A stretch of DNA of 63,995 nucleotides, the filler included, from Octopus bimaculoides (Eukaryota), in the NCBI RefSeq assembly GCF_001194135.2. It is 8 parts of 7 records of this genome, joined end to end, with 100 filler letters (N's around TTAATTAATTAA, not from the genome) between each part and the next. Parts side by side here need not be neighbours in the genome. Positions count along the whole stretch, not along the records: positions 45,329 to 58,525 come from NC_069004.1; positions 58,626 to 63,995 come from NC_068985.1; 6 more parts are not named here. One strand, 5' to 3'. Numbering within the stretch: the first letter of the stretch is position 1; each line of letters begins with the position of its first letter. The translations under genes were made by a program, and so were the position numbers. The notes under the pieces are model-generated. The model saw only the letters and a program-made list of their open reading frames with translations. It did not search any database and was not told the origin of the DNA. Of this stretch, positions 50,835-61,623 are shown piece by piece.

Positions 50835-50898
50835 TGCCACCAAAAGCCAAAGACCTCACTGTCTGATAAAGTTACTCCTGGAAGTTGAATCTCTGCAG
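50835..50898 (+). CDS. FANCD2: FANCD2 coding exon 6
   Basis: CLIKLLLEVESLQ vs human SLIKLLLGIDILQ. Confidence 0.92.
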
Positions 50899-51298
50899 GT
50901 CAGTGTTACACGGCCGCAGCTGGTCACTACACAGACTGCACTAAGCTCTATTACAATTTTTGACCACTAAGTGGTCTTAACATAAGATAAGTGTTCTAAT
51001 TGGTGACTGTACAACTAGGTAGATGTTTGGAGCAATAGGTGAGGGTACCACTTAACATAAATGTCACTCGATTTGGGTACCATTTGGTAAGAGTAGGACT
51101 AGGTTTGAGTACCCCTTGATTGGAGCCTCAAAGATTTGAGAAATACTTGATGGGAATACAGATGAAATTAAGGGCCAGCTGAAATTGCTGGCCTTGTTCC
51201 AAAATTCAAAACCAATATTCTTAGGACAGGCATGAATATCACTTAATCTCATCCTTTCTATAAACCCAATATTTTTGTCTATTTTCTTTGTTTTGCAG

Positions 51299-51354
51299 CC
51301 AAAACTAATAAACATTCTTCTTGAGAAGTTACCAGAATTCATGGACGAAGATGA
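51299..51354 (+). CDS. FANCD2: FANCD2 coding exon 7
   Basis: PKLINILLEKLPEFMDED vs human PAIIKTLFEKLPEY. Confidence 0.92.
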
Positions 51355-51654
51355 GTAAGTAACATACAACAGTTGTTATATAACCCTGGCCTGGCATGTT
51401 CACAATCAGGTGTGTTCCAGCCATGACCATCACCTCTCTTTTATTTTAGATATGGTCCATCAAGGACTACATTATTCAATGTGTCCTTTCTTAAGACAGT
51501 ATATTTGAAAAAATATGGGAAAGCCCCATTGGATAATGTGGTTATAGATACAAAATTTCTGAATTATAGGAGTGATGGTCATTACTGGAACACCATTGAC
51601 CATAGGTCTGCTGAATCAGATCAACAACAATAGTAATTATAACTGCATCATCAT

Positions 51655-52100
51655 AAGGTGGTGAGCTGGCAGAATCGATAGCACATCAAGCAAAATGCTC
51701 AGTAGTATTTCATCTGTCGTCGTGTTCTGAGCTCAAATTCTGCTGAGGTTGACTTTGCCTTTCATCTTTTTGGGATTGATAAAATAAATACCAGTCATGT
51801 ACTGATGTTGATGTAATCAACTATCCCCATTCTTCAAATTTCAGGCCTTGTGCCTATAGTAGGAAGGATTATTATTATTATTATCATTATTATTGTGGTG
51901 TGATGGTAGAATTGTTAGCACGATGGGCAAAATGGTTAGCAGCTTTTTGTCCACCTTTGCGTTCTGAGTTCAAATTCCGCCAAGGTCAACTTTGCCTTTT
52001 ATCCTTTTGCAGGGGTCGATAAAATAAATACTGGAGTTGATGTAATCAACTCTCTCACTCCCCCCGAAATTGCTGGCATTGTGCTAAAATTTGAAACCAA
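51655..52100 (+). mobile_element. Two intronic SINE family B copies
   Basis: Heads at about 51657 and 51900. Confidence 0.8.
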
Positions 52101-52232
52101 TATTATTTTCATCATCATCACCATCATCACAACTGTTGACATCAATTATCGTTATCAAAGACATCATCATTGTCGTTAACCTCACCTGCTTCATCTACTT
52201 CATCAGTTTAACCTTTGACCTTTTTTTTCTAG

Positions 52233-52323
52233 GTCAATATTTTCCTGTGAGGAATCTCCAATAAACATACCTCGACAGATTCTGACCCAGCTGCAGTGGC
52301 TGGAGAACATTGTGGACATGACG
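52233..52323 (+). CDS. FANCD2: FANCD2 coding exon 8
   Basis: INIPRQILTQLQWLENIVD vs human INIPRLIVSQLKWLDRVVD. Confidence 0.95.
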
Positions 52324-52366
52324 GTAAGGTGTTGCATTGTGGGAACAATGGATTTGAGTCATGTGA

Positions 52367-52519
52367 GGAGCTTGATTGTTGAGTGAGGGAGAGTTCTTTT
52401 GGTCGGGAGCTTGATTGTTGAGTGAGGGAGAGTTCTTTTGGTCTGGAGCTTAATTGTTGAGTGAGGGAGAGTTCTTTTGGTCGGGAGCTTAATTGTTGAG
52501 TGAGGGAGAGTTCTTTTGG
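52367..52519 (+). repeat. 39-bp minisatellite, about 4 copies
   Basis: GGAGCTTRATTGTTGAGTGAGGGAGAGTTCTTTTGGTCK at 52367, 52406, 52445, 52484. Confidence 0.9.
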
Positions 52520-52623
52520 ACTAAAATCTGTGCAAAGAGAAATGAAGTAATGTATTTATAACGGTGGGATTGTTATAATGGCTGATTGGGTGCCATTTTT
52601 ATAATGTGTATTATCTTATTTAT

Positions 52624-53100
52624 ATGGTTTCTCCTGGGATACTCTTTACTCTTTTACTTGTTTCAGTCATTTGATTGTGGCAATGCTGGAGCACCGCCTT
52701 AAGTCGAGCAAATCGACCCCAGGACTTATTCTTTGGATGCCTAGTACTTATTTTATCGGTCTCTTTTGACAAACCGCTAAGTTACAGGGACGTAAACACA
52801 CCAGCATCGGTTGTCAAGTGATGTTGGGGAGACAAACACAGGCACATACATACATCTATACAACGGGCTTCTTTCAGTTTCCATCTACCAAATCCACTCA
52901 CAAGGCTTTGGTTGGCCCGAGGCTATAGTAGAAGACACTTGCCCAAGGTGCCACTCAGTGTGAATGAACCCGGANNNNNNNNNNTTTGGTTGGCCCGAGG
53001 CTATAGTAGAAGACACTTGCCCAAGGTGCCACTCAGTGTGAATGAACCCGGAACCATGTGGTTGGTAAGCAAACTACTTACCACACAGCCACTCCTGCAC
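52624..53100 (-). mobile_element. Near full-length SINE family A
   Basis: Head through tail present; 10-N gap with duplicated flanks. Confidence 0.85.
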
Positions 53101-54100
53101 CTAGATAGATGATAAATATATTTTATTTCTTGAGTAAGAATCTATATTAATAAACCCGTCACTAACTTAATTAAGTATTATCACTAAATATAAATCTCAA
53201 CTCAAGCTACATAAACGCTGTAGTGAAAAATATATATATCAAGACGCTTAATGGACATGTTGAATGTGCATGTATGTTGAAGATAAGTTCGTGTTCTTTT
53301 TCACTGCTACAAAAACAGTTTCATAATTGCAGAAATAAATTTCATTAACAGGCTGGAAAAAAGTGAAGAAAGAGAAAATATTTACTACATTAGTTTATTT
53401 ATGTACATTTAATATTTACAGTATATTTAGAAGTTAAAGAAATTTGTCATAGAGAGTTACGACCAACGAACACTAGTATGAGTGTTGTGAAGTCTAGTGA
53501 TAACCACCAGTCATTAGGGTGAGTGTTGTGGAGTTTAGTAACAACCAACGGTCACTGGTTAGTTTCCCAAAAATCAGGGTTTTTATAACTGCTCATACCT
53601 GAATTCTAAGAACTGTTTTTTTTTTTTGTGAAAGAATTCTCTTTGATGAAAGCTTAGAATTCAAATATGGGCAATAATTTTAACCAATGGGAAACTAAAT
53701 GTTATACTTGTTCGGGCAACATGACCATTATTGCCAACTGAGTGGATTGGAGCAACATGAAATAAAGTGTCTTGCTCAAGGACACAATGTATCGCTGTAA
53801 ATTGAGCTCCCGACCTTATAACCATGATACCGATGACCGTAACTTCTAACCACTAAGCCTCACACCCTATGAAAAGTATTAAAAAAAGAAAAGATGAAAA
53901 CGATATATATTGGGAATGGAGAAGAATTGAATGTGACAGAATCCAAGACAATGAGAGAAATGGGAAACGTTTATGAGGGTCAATAAAGATTTTTGAACAT
54001 AGGTGTCCCCAGCAGATTGCCAATTTACAATTGCTGGACCAAAAGGAGTTCTTTGTATTGTCACAAACTATTTGTAATGTTTCCGTCTGTCATTTGCCAG

Positions 54101-54225
54101 GCCCTTCGTGAGAAATTGATGGAAGTCTTACAGGTGACCTCGTGTGACATACAGCGTGAAATCATTTCCTGTCTGCCAGAAATTATGGATGTCACTGAAC
54201 ATGTCAATATAATTACAGTTCTGAA
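54101..54225 (+). CDS. FANCD2: FANCD2 coding exon 9
   Basis: ALREKLMEVLQVTSCDIQREIISCLPEIMDVTEH vs human [34 protein letters not shown]. Confidence 0.95.
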
Positions 54226-54487
54226 GTAAGTGTGATCTTTTAGTTTTGTAACTCATTGGTCTGAGTTCCATAACCAGTTTTGTAACTTATTGGTCTGTGT
54301 GATCAATAACCAATAATAATCTTTTGGTTAAGTTTTATTTTTTCTGTTTAACAATTGAAGTCCTGTAGACCTTTCTCTATAATAAAAGACATTTGCCCAA
54401 GGTGCCACACAGTGGGATTGAACTCAATGAACAAGTTAAATATAAATGTAAAAAGTTTTTTTTTTAATTATATTTGTTTTTCTCTAG

Positions 54488-54575
54488 AGATTTGCTGGAA
54501 CAAGAGAAGTGCTTGGCCGTTTCGATTCTGGACAATTTGTCTAATTTGGTACTCAAAGAAGAACTGTTGGCAGAG
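54488..54575 (+). CDS. FANCD2: FANCD2 coding exon 10
   Basis: DLLEQEKCLAVSILDNLSNL vs human [20 protein letters not shown]. Confidence 0.95.
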
Positions 54576-54984
54576 GTAAAACTACGATGACTTCCATTTG
54601 TTTTTATGTCCATTTTGGGCAGGGTTAGATGAATATGCCATTGAGGGGTTGTTTTACAGTGAGACACCCTTTCTAGCACTCACACTTACCGTTTTTCAAG
54701 TAAGGGATCTTTTATTCCATGTGGCTTGAATGGCATGAAATGAGCCGGCATTGACTGGAGAAATGACAGCAACACCACCACTTGAACATTGTAACTTTCA
54801 TATGAGCAACAGTTGGCAAAAATGAGTTGTACCTGTATTTCAAAGGTATATATACATTGTCAAGAAGGACAAAATGCTGCAAAGTATTTTACCCAGCATG
54901 CTAACAATTCTGCCAGCTCACTGCTTTATAAAAATAAAAATATTAATGGAGTCAGTGGAGCAAGAACACACATGAAAACAAAAA

Positions 54985-55031
54985 GTGTTGCTGAAGAGGT
55001 CACAGATGTGTGACGAAAAGATTTCCGGACA
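54985..55031 (+). ncRNA. HHR-like motif, degenerate, in a FANCD2 intron
   Basis: TGTTG-CTGAAGA-G-GTCACA-GATG-TGTGAC-GAAA-AGATT-TC/CGGACA; perfect 6-bp stem II, weak stems I and III. Confidence 0.4.
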
Positions 55032-55230
55032 ATAGACAGGAATTAAAATAATAAAATAAGAACAGTAATAAACGAGTGAAGAAAAAATATATAATGCATG
55101 TGTTTATTTGACAAAAGAAAAAAAGAAAATTACCATCCCGAAATACAGCAATATTAAATTATTGTTTATATTATATTTTGTCTCATTAAATATTATCATG
55201 TTGATTATTTACTTTGTTTATTATCTCTAG

Positions 55231-55335
55231 GTATTGTCATCTGTTTTACAAATATTGCCATCTTGTGAGCTTGATGACCTCCCAGTTGTGGTCAAGTTTA
55301 TCTTGCAGTCAGTCCAAAGCAAGGATGCACTGTCG
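55231..55335 (+). CDS. FANCD2: FANCD2 coding exon 11
   Basis: LDDLPVVVKFILQSV vs human LEDLPVIIKFILHSV. Confidence 0.95.
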
Positions 55336-55754
55336 GTAAGTCATCACCTCCACCTTCTGACACACACACATGAATGCACAAACACACTCTTGTTACCAAC
55401 AGCAACTCCCTTTCTTGGGAGCCTCTTGGGGCATTTGAGAGAGTTTATTTCTCATGCATTGTTAGTGTTTATTGCTCATTTACATCGACCACTTTGTGGT
55501 CTGCTTTTCCTGTTAACCTTCTCGTGATTCTGTTATACCTTTTGTGTGTCTAGAATTTGCATTGTGTATACCACATCACCTGGCATCAAGCCACCTTCCT
55601 CAATATTATTCCCCTCTCAGTTGAGGGGCCTTGTCTTACAAGTTACTTGGTAACCTCACTAATACAGGTGCCACTTAAAAAGTATCCCCTATCCTCTGTA
55701 AATTGTAAAATGGTTGGTGTTAAGAAGGGTGTTGAGCTGTAGAAACCATGTTAA

Positions 55755-55994
55755 GGCGGCGAGGAGCTGGCCGAATCCTTAGCACACTGGACGAAATGCT
55801 TAGCGGTATTTCGTCTGTCTCTACGTTCTGAGTTCAAATTCTGCCAAGGTCGACTTTGCCTTTCATCCTTTCGGGGTTGATTAAATAAGTACCAGTTACG
55901 CACTGGGGTCGATATAATCAACTTAATCCGTTTGTCTGTCCTTGTTTGTCCTCTCTGTGTGTAGCCCCCTTGTGGGCAGTAAAGAAATAAGAAG
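55755..55994 (+). mobile_element. SINE family B, full-length
   Basis: Head GGCGGCGAGGAGCTGGCCGAA to tail AAAGAAATAAGAA. Confidence 0.9.
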
Positions 55995-56025
55995 CCATAT
56001 AAAAGCAGACAATTTCCTTTTTTTA

Positions 56026-56242
56026 TTTCTTTATTGCCCACAGGGGGTTAATCATAGAGGGGGAAAACAAGGACAGACAAAGGGATTACATCGACTCCAG
56101 TTCGTAACTGGTACTTATTTAATCGACCCCGAAAGGATGAAAGGCAAAGTCAACCTCGGCGGAATTTGAACTCAGAACGTAACGGCAGACGAAATACCGC
56201 TAAGCATTTCGCCCGGTGTGCTAACGATTCTGCCATCTTGCC
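56026..56242 (-). mobile_element. SINE family B, inverted relative to 55755-55994
   Basis: Reverse complement of the same family. Confidence 0.9.
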
Positions 56243-56334
56243 TCAAAGCAGACAGTTGCAGCTTGGCACAGTCGTCTCGCTCACCGATTCTTGTCAAAAC
56301 ATCCAAACCAAACCAGCATGGAACATGGATGTTA

Positions 56335-56610
56335 TCTTTTATCTTTTACTTGTTTCAGTCATTAGACTGCGGCCATGCTGGGGCACCAACTTGAAGGTTT
56401 TTAGTCGAATGAACCGACCCCAGTATTTATGTTTTTGTTCAAGACTGTTATTTATTCTATCAGTCTCTTGCCGAACTGCTAAGTTTCTGGACATAAACAA
56501 ACCAGCACTGGATGTCAAGCAATGTTAGGGGACATACATATATGCAGTAGGCTTCTTTCAGTTTCTGTCTACCATATCCACTCACAAGGCCTTGGTCTGC
56601 CCAAGGTATA
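56335..56610 (-). mobile_element. SINE family A
   Basis: Tail CTTTTACTTGTTTCAGTCATTAGACTGCGGCCATGCTGG. Confidence 0.8.
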
Positions 56611-56826
56611 TGTTTATGTGTGAGTGTGTTATGTAAGTATATATTTGCTTGCTAATACATGTGTGTGTATGTGTGCATCTATGTATATGAATCTACATGT
56701 GTGTGAGTGTGTAACTGTCTGTATTTACTGTATGGTTGCTTCTAAATGTGTGTCTATGGAATGTAATTTCTATGATGGTGATGATGATTGATAATAATAA
56801 TGTTCATCTATTCCCCCTTTCTTCAG

Positions 56827-56918
56827 GTATTCACTGAAATGAGGAATTACTTGCAGTTTGATTCCCTCCTGGTGCCGGTAGCTTCCTCTACTCCTCGTCC
56901 TGGACCATCAACTAGCAG
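56827..56918 (+). CDS. FANCD2: FANCD2 coding exon 12
   Basis: VFTEMRNYLQFDS vs human VISELREKLDL; AG/GT and phase fit. Confidence 0.88.
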
Positions 56919-57201
56919 GTAGGTTGCCATGGTAACCACTCCAGTAGTAGCGGGGTGGTGGTCGTGATGTCATGTAGTCTGCAGTGGGGGGGGGACAGTG
57001 TGTGTGGAGGGGATGTAGCTGTAGAAGCTGTTATTTCCATGTCAGTCACAACAAAGCTCTCTCTTTCTCTCTCGTTTTAAAAGGCGTTTCACCTTTTAAT
57101 CAAGGTACCTTTATCATTGAAAGTGATGTTATCATCATCATCATTTAATATCCAAAGACTGTCTCTCTTTTGGCAAGGTTTCTAAGGCTTGTGTCTCTCT
57201 T

Positions 57202-57239
<38 letters not shown>

Positions 57240-57292
57240 TCTCACTCTCACGCACACACACCCTCTGCAGTGTTGTGGTCTTTCTGTTTCAG

Positions 57293-57395
57293 AGCTGAGC
57301 CTGAGAAGTCCACTGCCAATTCGGAGCTGCTGGTTATGAGATCAATTAACTCCTGTCTCCAGTTTGAGAAGTCCCTGGCTGCTCCCTGCATAAAG
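57293..57395 (+). CDS. FANCD2: FANCD2 coding exon 13
   Basis: LLVMRSINSCLQFEKSLAAPCIK vs human [22 protein letters not shown]. Confidence 0.9.
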
Positions 57396-57762
57396 GTCTG
57401 TGTTCTCTCTTTCTTCTTTCTTACACCCACCCACCTCTTTATCCTAACTTTTACTCTGCTTAATCTCAATGGTCAGTTTGGCCGTGTCACTGTGACGACA
57501 AGGTAAGGCAGTTGGTTGAAGACAGTGCAACCTGATCATCTCTCTCTCGCAGAAAACCAGACTGGAGTCTGGTGCAGCCTTCCAGCTTACCATCCCAGGT
57601 CAAACCGTCCAACCCATACCAGCATGGACAACAGACGTTAAATGATGATGATAACCCTTCTTTCTTCTGTCTCCCCCTTTCTCTCCATCTCATTCTCCCT
57701 ATTTGTCCGTTTCGTTTCTCTTTTCTCCCTCTGACCTCCCATCGGTATCTTCTCTCCCACAG

Positions 57763-58071
57763 ATGATAGAACAGATCCATGGAAGCAGCAAGCACCAAGT
57801 CTTGGACTTGTTGCTCCTCTTCATGCTTCACTCGCTCAACCATACCAAAGCTGTGGAAAGTCTGTTCCGCAACAAGATTCGAGCTGGAGACTTCACCCTA
57901 AAACTACTCAATTCAGCCTTCCTACAACACCCTGTTGTGATGCAGGAGTACTTCACTAGCATCCAATCCCTGTGTGTCACCTTCATCTCTTCACCGGAGT
58001 CATCCATCTCGCATTTTGCTAGTGTCATGTACCATCTGGCATTCCAAGTGTTTGATCGCTTCTGTCAACAG
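57763..58071 (+). CDS. FANCD2: FANCD2 coding exon 14 (last seen)
   Basis: KHQVLDLLLLFMLH..FRNKIRAG..LAFQVFDRFCQQ vs human EHKVFDLVMLFIIY..LRNKIRSG..YAFKFFDTYCQQ; donor GTAAGT. Confidence 0.96.
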
Positions 58072-58457
58072 GTAAGTAGTGGATCTGTGTTGTATATATA
58101 AGTTTTGGGGGGTGGGGGTATATGTGAGTGTACATGTGTATACATGTTTGTATATGTATGTGTTAATATGCTTGTATATGTATTGTGGGAGGGGGGGAAT
58201 ATTTGTGTGTATATATATATATCTGGTGTAGCCATCTGGTTTCACCAGTCCTCAGTCAAATCGTCCAACCCATGCTAGCATGGAAAGCGGACGTTAAACG
58301 ACGATGATGATGATGATATATATATACATATATAGTAGATTGACCTGCGTAAAAAGGTGAAGAAGAAGAGTTCTCCATCAAATGAGAGTCCATTATTAAT
58401 GTATTCATTTCATTCCTCACGCATTACACCAAAAAAGTTGGTTTCATAGAATAATCA

Positions 58458-58504
58458 GCGTCTGATGAACATACTTGTCATGTACATGAAACTATTAGTA
58501 GCGC
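58458..58504 (+). ncRNA. Type I HHR motif with CpG-decayed stem II
   Basis: GCGT-CTGATGA-ACATAC-TTGTCAT-GTACAT-GAAA-CTATTAG-TA/GCGC; restoring CA to CG in both arms gives ACGTAC:GTACGT. Confidence 0.6.
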
Positions 58505-58525
58505 ATGTAATGCATACATTGATAT

Positions 58526-58625
58526 NNNNNNNNNNNNNNNNNNNNNNNNNNNNNNNNNNNNNNNNNNNNTTAATTAATTAANNNNNNNNNNNNNNNNNNN
58601 NNNNNNNNNNNNNNNNNNNNNNNNN
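58526..58625. other. Artificial assembly spacer
   Basis: TTAATTAATTAA at 58570-58581. Confidence 0.95.
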
Positions 58626-58705
58626 TATAATCGTTAAAATACAGGTAGATGTTTAGTACTGTTACCTGGTATTTCGATATTTCGGGTCGAAATACCAAGT
58701 TAGAG

Positions 58706-59119
58706 ACATTTACATCACGTGCCAGTGACATGCAAGGATGAATCATAGGTCCTCTTGATTTCTATTACGTAGAGACAATGAAAACATTACAGAAGGAACG
58801 GAAGGTTGCATGAGGTTTTAATATTAGATACTTTTAGCACCAATGATGGTGATGATACACGTTGACCTGTATTTTTAATTTTTTAACTTGTAATGTTTTG
58901 GCTTTAAATATAAATATTTGAATCCTTTATATGTATGAGGCACCAGCAACTGTTCTTTCTCGCTGTGTATCATCACCATCATTGGTGCTAAAAGAATCTA
59001 ATATTAAAACCTCATGCAACCTTCCGTTCCTTCTGTAATGTTTTCATTGTCTCTACGTAATAGAAATCAAGAGGACCTATGATTCATCCTTGCATGTCAC
59101 CGGCACGTGATGTAAATGT
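58706..59119. repeat. Near-perfect inverted repeat, 155-bp arms, 104-bp spacer
   Basis: 58706-58860 vs 58965-59119; two mismatches seen. Confidence 0.92.
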
Positions 59120-60669
59120 TAATTGCCCTGTGCTCAGTTTAAATCAAAGTATTTGTAAATCGTATTTAGCAAATAAGCATAAATTAACATTGAAATACAA
59201 GCAGCAAGATGAAGGAGAACGGATCTGAATTTAGCGACCTTGTGTTATTCTTGTCTTGATGCTATTATTATCGTCATCCACTTCCTCGTGGATGTCATTG
59301 TCACCATCATCATTGTCAACATGAAGATCGCACACAGCAGCAATAGTAGCAGTATTGGGATCATTAATAACAACAGTAACAACAATGGTTCGCCTAACAT
59401 CAGGAGGAATAGCAATAATGAAACGTGGCAAAACTGATTGATCCTTATTTATTCTGTTTAATGATTGAACAATATTAATGATTGCTTGTAATCATCAGTT
59501 TCTATGAACATTCTACGTTTGTAGTACCAAATATAATGTAGTTTAGATTCCTTATATATATATATATATATATATATNNNNNNNNNNNNNNNNNNNNNNN
59601 NNNNNNNNNNNNNNNNNNNNNNNNNNNNNNNNNNNNNNNNNNNNNNNNNNNNNNNNNNNNNNNNNNNNNNNGATCTGTTGATAGAATTTGTATATATATA
59701 TATATACAAATTCTATCAACATATTCAATTGAAATAAATATAAGATTCCCCACTTCCTTTTTTCGACTGATTTCATCTTACATATCTGTTTTTCGTCATT
59801 ATATTTTTAAGAGGATACACTCCAAGGATTTATTTTATATTTGTGAATACATCATTGTCATCGTGGTTATCCATGTTGATAACAGCACCCGAACCATCAT
59901 CATGCCACTACCACTACCATCCTTCCTTTAACGTAATCATTGACATAATTATCATCAGCGCTATAAAATCTCAATCACCATTATGATCAAACATTATTAT
60001 CTTCACTATCGCCCGCTTGTGTATATGGGCATGTAAGTGTCTTTTCCGCAAATTGAGCAGCGTTTATGAAGTGTGGCTTTAAAGTTATTACCGAAACCTT
60101 TTGCTCCCTAAATCATATCTTGATCTTTGGTGTTATCAAAATCATAAGCTATAACGTCTTAATTGTTAAATAATTCAGTAAATTTAGAATTGCAAAAGAC
60201 CACATATCCATTGAATAGTTCTTAGGAATCTTCCACCATTTCCATGCCATAAAAGCTGCCCCTGAACAAATTTCAATGTTAACTCTCCATCGATAGGACT
60301 CTGATGTTTTGCATGTAGTTTTAACACAAAAAAAGACCCGTTTATCCAAAGCGCAAGCTAACAAATCATTCATTAATGTAACAGCGTGGCTGCTATTTGG
60401 CGAGTTGAGTTTTGTTCAACGTTGCAGTACGTCAATACAGTTGGTCAGACTGTCTACAAAAGTTAAGGGACTTGATGTCGTGTTGTAAATAGAATAGACT
60501 TCTAAGCGTTTAGTGACTTGACTTTTATTTCAGTTTCATCGACAATCTGGGCTCTCAGATTAGAACAAGAGCCTTACACACATTTTGTTACTTCTAGCCT
60601 AAGCACATGAAGAATAAACTATAGAGCATCGTGCTTTCGAATACCTAGATCTCATTACACAGGACAGCA

Positions 60670-60800
60670 CATGGAAATTTCCATACCTTGTTGTAGGACA
60701 TTCCGTTGTTGTAGTTTGGATCCCAAAACTTCTGCCCTTCTTTTGACAATGCTATGTCTCTTACTAAATCGTTAAAATCTTCTTTATTAAATCAGCCTGG
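60670..60800 (-). mobile_element. Degenerate DNA-transposon-like protein remnant
   Basis: DFNDLVRDIALSK (frameshift) AEVLGSKLQQRNVLQQG resembles the widespread LNDLVRDLxLSK..AELLGSRLQQWNLL motif; superfamily not assigned. Confidence 0.55.
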
Positions 60801-61422
60801 CTCATTTTCCTTGGAATCAACTACGTACTCTTCGTCAATAGGAGAATGGAGAATACTTACAGCCATTGGAATAAGAGGGAAACAGTGAAAGATAGCTATA
60901 CGTAGGATATGAGAGGCAGAAGAAAGAGCGTCGTGTTGGTTATGGGGCAAGAGGATTTAATTGAAACCCAGGAAGATATGATGAACAGTGATTTTCCGAC
61001 TTCTACTGACCTACAGTCCTACAATGGGCGAGTGATATGGGTCAGGATGGAAACACCCAATGACCGTTGGACACATCTTGATGCCATTAATTTCTCCTGG
61101 CCAAATCTACATTCATAAAAGTGAAAAAGTAAGAAACATTTTCTCGTAGATGTAATCAATATGTTAGTGACATCTGCAAAAATGAGGAAACAAATTAAAT
61201 GTCACGGCCTGAGATCCTATTATCACTGATTCAGCCGACAATGACTGGCTTTGTATACAAAGATAAAAAGAAACGTATCATCAATATTGTTTACGACTAG
61301 CTACAGAAACTTACATGTACAGTATATAATAGAATGTTGCGTGTGCAACTTCTTATATAACAGCTTATATCAGAGACAGTCTCCAGAAATACAATAACGA
61401 CATCTGCATAGATATGTGTGTC

Positions 61423-61455
<33 letters not shown>

Positions 61456-61471
61456 ATTATGTATCTATGTA

Positions 61472-61532
<61 letters not shown>

Positions 61533-61588
61533 GTGTATATATATCAATATATAATCATTTACACACACACACACATACATATATATAT

Positions 61589-61623
<35 letters not shown>

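Noticed and set aside
52367-52519. CRISPR-like array
   Set aside because: Units are contiguous with no spacers; eukaryotic intron.
55755-55850. tRNA gene (A/B boxes)
   Set aside because: Head of a multicopy SINE continuing into a shared body; no complete cloverleaf seen.
58235-58262. Minus-strand CTGAGGA-CTGGT-GAAA in SINE family C
   Set aside because: No stem II pairing and no NUH closing helix III.
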